Shown here in pieces: positions 20,201 through 28,748 of a DNA stretch of 64,000 nt. Source of the DNA: Alphaproteobacteria bacterium (GTDB taxonomy: Bacteria > Pseudomonadota > Alphaproteobacteria > Rs-D84). Position 1 is the first letter of the stretch, and each line of letters starts with the position of its first letter. The position numbers were made by a program, and so were the translations under genes. The notes under the pieces are model-generated. The model saw only the letters and a program-made list of their open reading frames with translations. It did no database searches and had not been told where the DNA came from. Location of the stretch: contig JAFVUD010000005.1 of the NCBI GenBank assembly GCA_017502865.1, positions 208,007 through 272,006 on the forward strand, in the 5' to 3' direction.

Positions 20201-22982
20201 CTACTACAAATACCAAACCACAACACGTGACAGCATTATCCGTACGACACCACTGTCAATATCCAAAGACGGCACCACAATCGGTTTAGACACCGCCAAT
20301 CCGGGTACGTATTTCCTGAATATTTTGGACAAAAATGGCAATATATTATCTGGATTTGAATACTTTATTGCCGGCACAACAAACACAGACATGACCACTG
20401 ACACCAATGCCGAACTGGACATAAAATTAAACGCATCAAAATATGCCCCTGGCGACACAATCGACATAAACATCACCGCCCCATACACCGGCAGTGGCCT
20501 GATTACAATTGAACGTGATTCCGTTTATGCCCACAAATGGTTTACAACAACAACCACATCATCTGTCCAATCCATTAAAATCCCAGATGATTTCACAGGC
20601 TCGGGCTATATCAGTGTTTCTTTTGTCCGCAATATCAACAGCCGCGATATATTCACCACCCCATACACATATGCGATTGCGCCATTCTCGGCCACGGCGC
20701 CACAACGTCAAATATCGGTTGAATTGACCGCCCCAAAACAAGTATCTGGTGACAAAATATCTGTTGAATACCAAACCAACACCAACGCCCGTGTAATGCT
20801 GTTTGCCGTGAACCAGGGTATTTTACAGGTTGCTAAATACAAAATTCCAAACCCATTTGCACACTTTTTCCAGAAAGCGGCACTCCAGGTTGAAACATAT
20901 CAAATTCTGTCTTTATTACTGCCTGAATACAAAATCCTGCGTGAATTTGCCAAAACCGGCGGTGGCGATTATGGCACAGCCGAAGTATTGGCAACACCGC
21001 TGTTAAACCCATTTGCACGTCGCCTGGCAAAATCTGTTGCATTCTATTCTGGCATTGTATCCACAACCGCAAACACCCCCCAGACATTTGAATTCGATAT
21101 TCCATCTGAATTCAATGGCACATTACACATTTTTGCTGTTGCCGCATCTGATAACGCAATTGGTTCCGCCGACACAACAACCATTGTCCAACACCCAATT
21201 ATCATTTCGCCAAACGCCCCAGCATTTGTGGCACCAAATGATAAATTTGATATCAATACAGTCATTACCAACCAAACCGACAACACGAATATTTCCACCG
21301 ATATTGTTGTTCCAGATAATATTTCCATATCATCCCCAGCCCACACCGAAACAACAATTTCAACGGACACAGAAAAATTATTGGTATTCAATGCATCTGC
21401 AAATCAAAAACTGGGCAACGCCACAGTGATAATAAACAGTGCCTCAATCGATGAAAATGGCAATACTGCATATAATACTGCAACCAATCTGGACATATCT
21501 GTCCGGCCAACAACAATGTTCACTACAAACATCAAATCTGGCCGCATCACATCTGCACGTCACACCGTTCATGATATTGCAATTCCAATGTTCGCAGAAA
21601 AACAAACCCGCCAACTGTACCTGTCATCGGCACCGACAATTCTGGCCCGTCCATTATTTGAATATTTGAAAAAATATGACTTTGATTGTACAGAACAACT
21701 GATATCACGCACCATGCCATATGCCATCGCCCCAAACAACAAAATCCTGGGGACAACATATGATGAATCTGCACAGAAAATAGCCGCCACCATAAACCTG
21801 TTGCGTGGTCGCCAAAACCCAGATGGTTCATTTAACATGTGGCCAAATGCAAATCATACACCCAATTCAGTTTCCGTCACAACGGCCCAATTAACTGCAT
21901 ATGTGGCAGATTTCCTGACCAACGCACGTGAATCTGGCTTTGCCATTCCATCCGACATGCACGCACGTGCATTAGATTATCTGCGTACATTTGCAGGTGA
22001 AACAATAACCTCACACGATATGGCCCAAACCGTTGCATTTGCAACATACGTAATCACACGCAACAATTTCGTCACCACCACATACATAAACAATTTCACC
22101 ACGTACGCAGACGAACATATGAAAAAATGGCAAAAAACTGTCTCTGGCACATACATTGCAACCGCATACCAATTAATGCACCAGACAGACATGGCCAACA
22201 CATTGATTTCAGACTACACCACCGATGACACCGCCCCAGGCGATGCCATACACATGTATTTATCGAACAAATATTTTGACATGCCCCCCGTCACACCATC
22301 AAACGCAATTATGGAATACATTAATGATGCAGATTATAATCCATACACATCTGCATTACTGATTGCCGCCATGACCACACATGCAAATGATGAAAAATTA
22401 CCAAATATTTCCGTTAAATCCGGCGATACACCAATCACTTTTGACACGAATACCGACAATACCATCATCACACTGGATGCAGCCACAGACAAATTAACAA
22501 TCGAATGTGACACATGTTCCAAGACCACACCTGTATTCTTTGCCACGATTCAATCTGGATACCCAACAAAAGAAACCGCACATTCCAACGGCATTGAAAT
22601 AATCCGTGAATATTATAATGAAAATGGGGATCGCGTATCATCTGCCAATCTGGGCGACACATTAACGGCCAAGGTATCCGTACGTGCAACCCGTGGCAAT
22701 GTACCAAATGTTGCGATTGTTGATTTGCTGACCGGCGGAATGACCGCCCGTGATCTGGATGCACCATCGGCTGAACATTATGAAATCCGCACCGATCGTG
22801 TTCTAATATTCACAGACCTGACCCGCACCCCTGTTGAATTCACATACACCGTCCAATTGACTGCCGCCGGCACATTTGCGATACCATCTGTATCCGCCAT
22901 GTCAATGTATAACCCAGACACATCGGCAACATACACACCATTCAGTCCAACATTTACCGTATCTAATGCCCAACTTGACTAG
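17295..22982 (+). CDS. bacterial alpha-2-macroglobulin family protein (YfhM/ECAM-like), membrane-anchored
   Basis: 1895 aa with an N-terminal TM anchor (ALILLGIFVLGFVAFY). Thioester-type CxEQ motif CTEQ at 21687-21698 (FDCTEQLISR). Directly followed by, and overlapping, pbpC. Confidence 0.9.
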   Translation: MPKRTTKRARKSHFLRNALILLGIFVLGFVAFYSIGSHPNKNTTIVNLTTQAPTPIEFSKPDNNVLMSANGIPTINNNRTLTKSAQLVLDYEWIDGPYGPSFKMDIDDKNISNYVKIKPAIPGKWSVRGHNTIVFNPTAPWPADTKFSVHVSRNIFANDIAPDTRRATFTTPAPTATLASFNTYPAPDTKKAVIGVAVISFNYPIITSGFADRLNVRLDGTKTDFSVKFDKFNRTAIITTTPITITDTPQSLRIKLNRTPTEFPDAYTQKITGHTTIASADNFFKINNITSIIADTPDYKTQQLILIDTTAPIAADTDWSKHITTYILPQKKDINSDADYHDWAADEITADVLKKSEKITLTPTDFSAPIGTHQYALAYTYGTDERTPRYIYVDISRGLTSAGGFQTTAGTTALMPVAFPNTSVRIVGDGALLSMSGDKKLTLVAQGGVKTVYANLYKINADQINHLVSQTYNLFASNLDFKSWSFGTYDMSVVFQKRISLTPTDIFTPNYTSLDLGDYLDRSGTDKTGIFIIQTGTSENATDFADRRLIMLTDLGIIRKVNNNGTSAVFVSNFSTGTPSGDTEISVLGRNGNAVWSGRTDTSGHAEIPAFPWSEYKNAREPVAIVARRGNDVSFIPFHAAYAQHMDISKFDTDGAYSYSNTPLNAFVFSDRGIYRPGESVIIGTIVKNKSFKTLSGVPVRLEIEDSRGHELLTKNISLSADGMFETTYEIPASATLGEYTARIYSLNVREKPQDMLGYTTFRVQEFTPDTMKISAHIPDTENNGWILPDNITANVTLRNMFGTPAVNREIRATATLRPIKYTFDNFAKYTFGDTISNTTISNTADISQQTITIKPETVITDDNGNAVIPLNFDGDIQNNTYILNLTVNGFETASGDGVQTTITTRVSPFEYLVGYHPDTNLAYINRDSKHSVDLIALDKNATAIDLADLQIQLTHRETITSLIKDYNNYYKYQTTTRDSIIRTTPLSISKDGTTIGLDTANPGTYFLNILDKNGNILSGFEYFIAGTTNTDMTTDTNAELDIKLNASKYAPGDTIDINITAPYTGSGLITIERDSVYAHKWFTTTTTSSVQSIKIPDDFTGSGYISVSFVRNINSRDIFTTPYTYAIAPFSATAPQRQISVELTAPKQVSGDKISVEYQTNTNARVMLFAVNQGILQVAKYKIPNPFAHFFQKAALQVETYQILSLLLPEYKILREFAKTGGGDYGTAEVLATPLLNPFARRLAKSVAFYSGIVSTTANTPQTFEFDIPSEFNGTLHIFAVAASDNAIGSADTTTIVQHPIIISPNAPAFVAPNDKFDINTVITNQTDNTNISTDIVVPDNISISSPAHTETTISTDTEKLLVFNASANQKLGNATVIINSASIDENGNTAYNTATNLDISVRPTTMFTTNIKSGRITSARHTVHDIAIPMFAEKQTRQLYLSSAPTILARPLFEYLKKYDFDCTEQLISRTMPYAIAPNNKILGTTYDESAQKIAATINLLRGRQNPDGSFNMWPNANHTPNSVSVTTAQLTAYVADFLTNARESGFAIPSDMHARALDYLRTFAGETITSHDMAQTVAFATYVITRNNFVTTTYINNFTTYADEHMKKWQKTVSGTYIATAYQLMHQTDMANTLISDYTTDDTAPGDAIHMYLSNKYFDMPPVTPSNAIMEYINDADYNPYTSALLIAAMTTHANDEKLPNISVKSGDTPITFDTNTDNTIITLDAATDKLTIECDTCSKTTPVFFATIQSGYPTKETAHSNGIEIIREYYNENGDRVSSANLGDTLTAKVSVRATRGNVPNVAIVDLLTGGMTARDLDAPSAEHYEIRTDRVLIFTDLTRTPVEFTYTVQLTAAGTFAIPSVSAMSMYNPDTSATYTPFSPTFTVSNAQLD

Positions 22983-25359
22983 TCCATTCAAAAAATTTTT
23001 CCACCGCCATCGGCGGCTGGTTGTCACATTGGGAATTATTTTTTGCATTTATTTAATAATACGCATATTTTTTACCCCACCCCTGCTCCACGACACACAC
23101 TTTTCCCGTGCATACTATGACCGCAACGGCCAATTATTACGCCTGACCCTGACGGCTGATGACAAATATCGCCTTTACACCCCACTTGACAAAATCAGTC
23201 CTGATTTAATTGCCGCCACCATTTTATACGAAGACAAATATTTTTATTATCACCCCGGCGTAAACCCTGTTTCATTATTTAACGCCACATTAAATTATTT
23301 TTCTGGTGCGCCCCACCCCGCCGGTGCATCAACAATCACAATGCAGACTGCACGATTAAAATATAATCTGGACACCAAAACACCTGTGGGGAAACTGATA
23401 CAAATTGCCGCAGCAATTTATATAGATTTATTCTATTCCAAATCCGAAATTATCGAAGCATACCTGAATCTGGCACCATACGGCGGCAATATCGAAGGCA
23501 TCGCCACCGCATCCCTGATATACTTTGACACACCTGCATCAGATTTGACAAAAATATCTGCCATATCATTATCCACCATTCCCCAAAATCCATCAAAACG
23601 TGGCCTGAACACCCCCAATGGCATAAACAACATATTTAATATGCGTCAAGATTTAGTTAAACGCTGGATTGGCCGCCACCCAACCGACACAGATTTAATC
23701 CAATTGGCGAAAATGCCATTGAATACCCGCCATATATCCGACCTGCCCTTTCTGGCGCCACATTTTACAGACCGCCTGATAAAATCCAGTCCAAATTATT
23801 GGCATGACATCGGTGCCCGCCCATCTGAAATCCGCACAACACTGGATTATTCATTACAGTCCGCCATGACCCACACATTACGTTCCCAGATTTCACGACG
23901 CCACGCATCCGGGGTCCAAAACGCCGCCGCAATACTAGTAAACTATAAAACCATGGAAACATTGGCATACATCGGTTCGACCGATTATCACAATGAAAAA
24001 ATATTCGGCCAAAACGATGGCGTATTCGCAAAACGCAGCCCGGCATCAACCCTGAAACCACTTATCTATGCAATGGCGTGCGATTACGGCCTGATACACC
24101 CAATGACATTACTAAAAGATGCCAAAATCAACTTTGGCGTGTACGCCCCCGAAAACGCAGACAATCGTTTTTACGGCCCTGTCTTGGCCCGTGATGCACT
24201 GACCCATTCCCGCAACATTCCCGCCATCGGCCTGATTCAAAAACTGGGGGCACGAAACTTTTATAACACGTTGAATAAATTCGAAATATCTGGCCTAAAA
24301 TCCCCCGACCATTATGGTATTTCAATTGCACTGGGCGGTGCCGAATTATCTATGTTCGAATTGGCAAACATATATGCAACCATGGCGAACCTGGGGCAAT
24401 TCAAGCGTATAAAATTTGACACATCCACCCCAGACGAAACAATTGACCATATCTTATCTGCCGAAGCTTTCTTTCTAACCCTGGACATGCTGGCATCAAA
24501 CCCACCACCAAAAAACAACATACCATTTGCCACGGCCCAACCAACCCCAAAAATTCAGCACTATTGGAAAACCGGCACATCATCTTCGTACCGTGATGCA
24601 TGGACGGCGGGCATATTTGGCGACTATGTGTTAATTGTATGGGTCGGCAACTTTGACGGCACCCCAAACAACGTTTTCAGTGGTGCCCGCACCGCCGCCC
24701 CAATTTATTTTGCATTGGCCGACACAGTAATAGATTACTTTTCCAACACCGCCACACCCGTACATAACAATGATTTTTTATCCCCCGATATGAATATTGC
24801 CCAACTGGATATGTGTGATACGGTCGGCGGCATTGCAAATGCCCAGTGCCCAAAAACGATAAAATCTTACTTTATCCCCGGCGTATCCCCAATTGACACA
24901 ACCAGCATTTACCGCACCATTCCAATTGACAATGCAACCGGCCTGCGGGCATGCACACGTGATCCAAACACCACCCACATGGAAACATTCGAATTCTGGG
25001 ATGCCGAATTTCTGGATATGTTTGCATCGGCCGGCATAACCCGCAACACCCCACCACCATTTATGCCCAATTGCAACCTGGACGAAATATCAAACGCATC
25101 CAGCGCCCCAATAATCACCCAGCCAATCGCAGATACTAAAACCGTAATAACAAACGATGCCACCGCCACCCCCATTGCGTACCAGGCCATATCCACCAAC
25201 CGCACAGACAAAATCTATTGGTTTCTAAACAGCGATATGATTGGCACCACCATATCCGGCCAGATATTTACCCACCCAACCCCGATGGGCGACCACACAT
25301 TACGCATTGCAACCGAAAGTGGCACCGGCACATCCATAAACTTTACCGTCACAAAATAA
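22966..25359 (+). CDS. pbpC: penicillin-binding protein 1C (bifunctional transglycosylase/transpeptidase)
   Basis: GT51 motif EDKYFYYHPGVNP. Transpeptidase motifs STLK (SPASTLKP), SRN and KTGTS. ATG 22966 overlaps the A2M 3' end by 17 nt; the track start at 22876 is over-extended. Confidence 0.92.
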   Translation: MPNLTSPFKKFFHRHRRLVVTLGIIFCIYLIIRIFFTPPLLHDTHFSRAYYDRNGQLLRLTLTADDKYRLYTPLDKISPDLIAATILYEDKYFYYHPGVNPVSLFNATLNYFSGAPHPAGASTITMQTARLKYNLDTKTPVGKLIQIAAAIYIDLFYSKSEIIEAYLNLAPYGGNIEGIATASLIYFDTPASDLTKISAISLSTIPQNPSKRGLNTPNGINNIFNMRQDLVKRWIGRHPTDTDLIQLAKMPLNTRHISDLPFLAPHFTDRLIKSSPNYWHDIGARPSEIRTTLDYSLQSAMTHTLRSQISRRHASGVQNAAAILVNYKTMETLAYIGSTDYHNEKIFGQNDGVFAKRSPASTLKPLIYAMACDYGLIHPMTLLKDAKINFGVYAPENADNRFYGPVLARDALTHSRNIPAIGLIQKLGARNFYNTLNKFEISGLKSPDHYGISIALGGAELSMFELANIYATMANLGQFKRIKFDTSTPDETIDHILSAEAFFLTLDMLASNPPPKNNIPFATAQPTPKIQHYWKTGTSSSYRDAWTAGIFGDYVLIVWVGNFDGTPNNVFSGARTAAPIYFALADTVIDYFSNTATPVHNNDFLSPDMNIAQLDMCDTVGGIANAQCPKTIKSYFIPGVSPIDTTSIYRTIPIDNATGLRACTRDPNTTHMETFEFWDAEFLDMFASAGITRNTPPPFMPNCNLDEISNASSAPIITQPIADTKTVITNDATATPIAYQAISTNRTDKIYWFLNSDMIGTTISGQIFTHPTPMGDHTLRIATESGTGTSINFTVTK

Positions 25360-25369
25360 AGAAAAACTT

Positions 25370-25454
25370 TGGTGCGACCAGGGGGAATCGAACCCCCAAG
25401 GATTTCTCCACAGCATCCTTAGTGCTGCGCGTCTACCAGTTCCGCCATGATCGC
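25370..25454 (-). tRNA. tRNA-Leu, anticodon AAG (type II, long variable arm)
   Basis: Reverse complement folds as GCGATCA-TG-GCGG-AACTGGTAG-ACGC-G-CAGCA-CTAAGGA-TGCTG-TGGAGAAATCCTT-GGGGG-TTCGATT-CCCCC-TGGTCGC-ACCA. The 5-bp anticodon stem is perfect, with loop C32 T33 A34 A35 G36 G37 A38. The anticodon is at 25418-25420. Confidence 0.9.
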
Positions 25455-25563
25455 AAATCGCAGCCAAAATAAATTTTTCCTAATTCTTGCAAGAACCTGT
25501 TTTTTTTTCAACCATTTTATGATACAATATCGCTTGATAGGAAAAAGGCAAAGGAATTCCAAA

Positions 25564-27063
25564 ATGAAAAAAATATCGAAAATTCTGTTAAATTGTTCAA
25601 TTTTTGCAATGCTGCCTGTGTTTGCAAATGCCGCCGGCACGTATTACAACAGTGGCCTGTATCAATCACCACAAACAACACGTTACAGCCGCCAAACATA
25701 TTCCCAGACCCAACGTTCTGGTGGAATTTCTGCCTATAATCAAAACAGATACGGGACCAGTGGATATACCGCATATGCCAACAATCAAAACCGCAATACC
25801 ACCCAAAATGCCCAGCAACGTGCCCCCCAGAAAAAGGCACCAAACGCAACCCAAACTGGTTTTTCATTGGATGCCGGCATTTCCCACCAAATGGGCAGTT
25901 GGCAATTTGAAATGGCGAACGCTGGTTCAATTCTGCGTTGGGACGATTTGAATTGGAATGTATTTGATGCAAATGGTAAGTATGTATTTAACGCAGGCAA
26001 CACCGCATTACAAATCGGTGCCGGTATTAAATATGGTATGCAATCCGGCGACGCCAGCATGATTGACGATGACATTACAAATAATAGAAACTTTCCTACA
26101 GAACTAATAAATATAGATACAGAAGAAATCATTGGTACAAGATATGGTGCTATATTATCTACGGGAACCGCATCCGATGGCAGTATGTTTGGATACAACA
26201 TCGAATTTGGATTAACCGATTTCTTTAAGTGGGGCAACGCACGCATTACACCCATTATCGGTTGGCGCAGCCTGTCCTATGAAACCGAAACCAGCAAGAA
26301 TTACGGTCTTGGCATGGACTACGTTGATAATGCCAATGGCTGTATAACCCTAGAAGACGGCTCTGTCCAATGCGATCCTTTATTGTTATTATATGTCATG
26401 AACCCTGCTGGCACTTACGACGAGGTCATATTATTACAACGTGACGAGTACGATAACATCGTAATGCCAGACGGTTCCGATGGAAACTACCTAGAACCAG
26501 AAGGTTCATACTATTTCTATCAACCTGGGGTCAGCCACTCTTACGAAGTTGAATGGGCGGGGCCATACCTGGCATTGGATATGTCATATTTAATCAACCA
26601 ATACAACCAAATCAGCGGTCGTATCGAATTGGGTCTGCCATCATACAGCGTAACCGCCAATCAACCAGGTAGATATGAACTTCAACATCCAAAATCTGTC
26701 GAAGATGAAGGCGGCATTGGCGATGCATTCCACTTTGGCTTGGGTGCCAATTGGTCAACCGCCATCACAGACAAGGTTGCATTATCAATCGGTTTGACAT
26801 ATGATTACTACACCGTCAGCGATGCCACCGCAAAAACATATGTAAACTCAGGTTATTATACATCGGCATATGACCAAATGCTGGCTGACTTAAAAGGAGC
26901 GGGCTATACAGAAGAACAAATAAACAGCATCCCACAAGTTATTGACTTGAAAGACTATATCGATTTAATGTCTGCCCAGGGCTGGACCTATACCGATGAA
27001 AAAGAAATTGAATCTGTGTTCAAATCTATGGGTATTCGTGTTGGCATAAACGCACGATTCTAA
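25564..27063 (+). CDS. outer-membrane beta-barrel protein with Q/N/T-rich N-terminal region; possibly omptin-like
   Basis: ATG 25564 gives MKKISKILLNCSIFAMLPVFANA. The C-terminus ...GIRVGINARF carries the OMP signature. Segments SILRWDDLNW...IGAGIKYGMQSGDASMIDDDI and EVEWAGPYLALDMSY resemble omptin blocks as I recall them. Confidence 0.6.
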   Translation: MKKISKILLNCSIFAMLPVFANAAGTYYNSGLYQSPQTTRYSRQTYSQTQRSGGISAYNQNRYGTSGYTAYANNQNRNTTQNAQQRAPQKKAPNATQTGFSLDAGISHQMGSWQFEMANAGSILRWDDLNWNVFDANGKYVFNAGNTALQIGAGIKYGMQSGDASMIDDDITNNRNFPTELINIDTEEIIGTRYGAILSTGTASDGSMFGYNIEFGLTDFFKWGNARITPIIGWRSLSYETETSKNYGLGMDYVDNANGCITLEDGSVQCDPLLLLYVMNPAGTYDEVILLQRDEYDNIVMPDGSDGNYLEPEGSYYFYQPGVSHSYEVEWAGPYLALDMSYLINQYNQISGRIELGLPSYSVTANQPGRYELQHPKSVEDEGGIGDAFHFGLGANWSTAITDKVALSIGLTYDYYTVSDATAKTYVNSGYYTSAYDQMLADLKGAGYTEEQINSIPQVIDLKDYIDLMSAQGWTYTDEKEIESVFKSMGIRVGINARF

Positions 27064-27074
27064 GGGTTTAATAT

Positions 27075-27698
27075 ATGAAAACAACACGAAATTTATTCAC
27101 CATTGTTGCACTTTGTGCCGGCCTGATTGGGTCGGCATTTGGTGCAAATGGTATGTCTGGAACCGCATCTGTTAATATCACCAGTGACACTGCCGCCACG
27201 GCAAAAAACATCGCCATGTCGGATGCACGTCGTCAAATCATCGGTGACGTTTTACGCCAATATACCGACAATGCACAATTAAATCCTGTCTTGAAAAACG
27301 CATCGGGCTCTGAATTAACCAACCTGATATCGGCGTCCAGCATTGAAAACGAACAGACATCTGACACAACATATTCTGCAAATATTTCAATGACAATCGA
27401 CACCAACGCCGCCCGCACATGGCTGGATTCAAACCATGTAAAACACTGGCTGCCCGGTGGCGAAGTTGCCGTTTCAACATTCAACACAACCATTACATTA
27501 AAAAATGGTTTATCTGAATGGATTGAATTAAATCGTATTGCCCGCAATGAACAGATAAACTTCATTACAAAAAATATACATGGCAACAAAATCGTAATTG
27601 AAATTCCATCATCTAAACGTGGTGCATTTACAATTGCGGTTCGTGAATCTGGATGGCGTTATAAAAACGACAACAACGATTTACAGATATGGAAATAA
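27075..27698 (+). CDS. secreted hypothetical protein
   Basis: Signal peptide MKTTRNLFTIVALCAGLIGSAFGA. It begins 11 nt after the preceding OMP gene, so it is probably co-transcribed. Confidence 0.6.
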   Translation: MKTTRNLFTIVALCAGLIGSAFGANGMSGTASVNITSDTAATAKNIAMSDARRQIIGDVLRQYTDNAQLNPVLKNASGSELTNLISASSIENEQTSDTTYSANISMTIDTNAARTWLDSNHVKHWLPGGEVAVSTFNTTITLKNGLSEWIELNRIARNEQINFITKNIHGNKIVIEIPSSKRGAFTIAVRESGWRYKNDNNDLQIWK

Positions 27699-27782
27699 CC
27701 CCATAAATCTGGGAATATAATCTTGACATTTTTTTGTTTTGCGATACTGTATCGCCGAACACAAAATCACAGGGAGAAAGTT

Positions 27783-28649
27783 TTGAAAAAATCATCATTA
27801 TTACTGCTGTGCGCATTATTACCAACCACATCATTCGCAGATGAAAGTTTGACATTATCAATTCGCCGCATTGGTCTGGAATTATCTAAGACCCAGGTTC
27901 GTCACGCGGACCAGTACCAGGATTCACCAATATCGGCCTTGAACGCAGATAACCAAGATTTTATCAAGGGTGTATTTGATACCGCACTGGAATATAAACA
28001 CGGCCGCCTGCAATGGGACAACAGCCTGTTTATGGAATACGGCGAAACAACATTGAAACCATATGACGAACCCGAAACCGTCAGTGAAAATGCAGACGAC
28101 ATTTTGTTGTCCAGTAATTTAGAATACGGTTGCTGGGAAACATCTGGATTTAAATTCGGTCCAACCGTCCGTGCCGCATACGACACAGAATTTGTTGCAT
28201 CCGACGATGCCCCACGCCAGAACGTTGTGCGTGCGAACGCCGGTCTTTCACTGTTCGATAACGCCGTTATCAAAAGTTTATATTTAACCGGTGTGTATGA
28301 ATACGATTTCACATACTCGGACGAACAGGTATCCAAACTGGCGGCTGAATTGGGCTGGCGCCTGGAATACGAGGTTCGCGATGGTGTAAAATTCTCGTCC
28401 AATGGGTATTATCGTGAATATCTAAGTTATTCCCAGTATGTCCCAACCGACCTGGAACGCGATTTAAGTGCCGTTATCCGCATGGACACAAATCTGTGGG
28501 GCGATATGACAATGGGCCCATATGCCCAGTACCGCCGTGCCAAGGCCCGTGGTGCCGATGTCTATGCCAGCAACTTTATAATCGGCATATCATTTAATTA
28601 CATCACAAAATTCGGTCTGATTGACAATAAATCAACCACAGCCGAATAA
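27783..28649 (+). CDS. putative outer-membrane beta-barrel protein
   Basis: TTG 27783 behind an AGGGAG SD gives (M)KKSSLLLLCALLPTTSFA. Alternating beta-strand pattern throughout. The track start at 27723 coincides with a TTGACA -35 box. Confidence 0.55.
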   Translation: MKKSSLLLLCALLPTTSFADESLTLSIRRIGLELSKTQVRHADQYQDSPISALNADNQDFIKGVFDTALEYKHGRLQWDNSLFMEYGETTLKPYDEPETVSENADDILLSSNLEYGCWETSGFKFGPTVRAAYDTEFVASDDAPRQNVVRANAGLSLFDNAVIKSLYLTGVYEYDFTYSDEQVSKLAAELGWRLEYEVRDGVKFSSNGYYREYLSYSQYVPTDLERDLSAVIRMDTNLWGDMTMGPYAQYRRAKARGADVYASNFIIGISFNYITKFGLIDNKSTTAE

Positions 28650-28651
28650 TG

Positions 28652-28681
28652 AAAAAATGCCGACAAAAAAGTCGGCATTTT
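28652..28681 (+). terminator. intrinsic terminator
   Basis: AAAAAATGCCGAC-AAAAAA-GTCGGCATTTT. Confidence 0.7.
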
Positions 28682-28748
28682 CATTACAAAAAAATTATTT
28701 TCCACTTGCCCGGCACTGCGTTTTTTTGCTAGCATTTCATATACAGGA

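Noticed and set aside
25483-25508. A 12-nt palindrome TTCTTGCAAGAA and a T9 tract in the divergent region between tRNA-Leu(AAG) and the OMP gene, as a possible operator or phase-variation site.
   Set aside because: I could not place either relative to a convincing -35/-10 pair. There is a single occurrence only.
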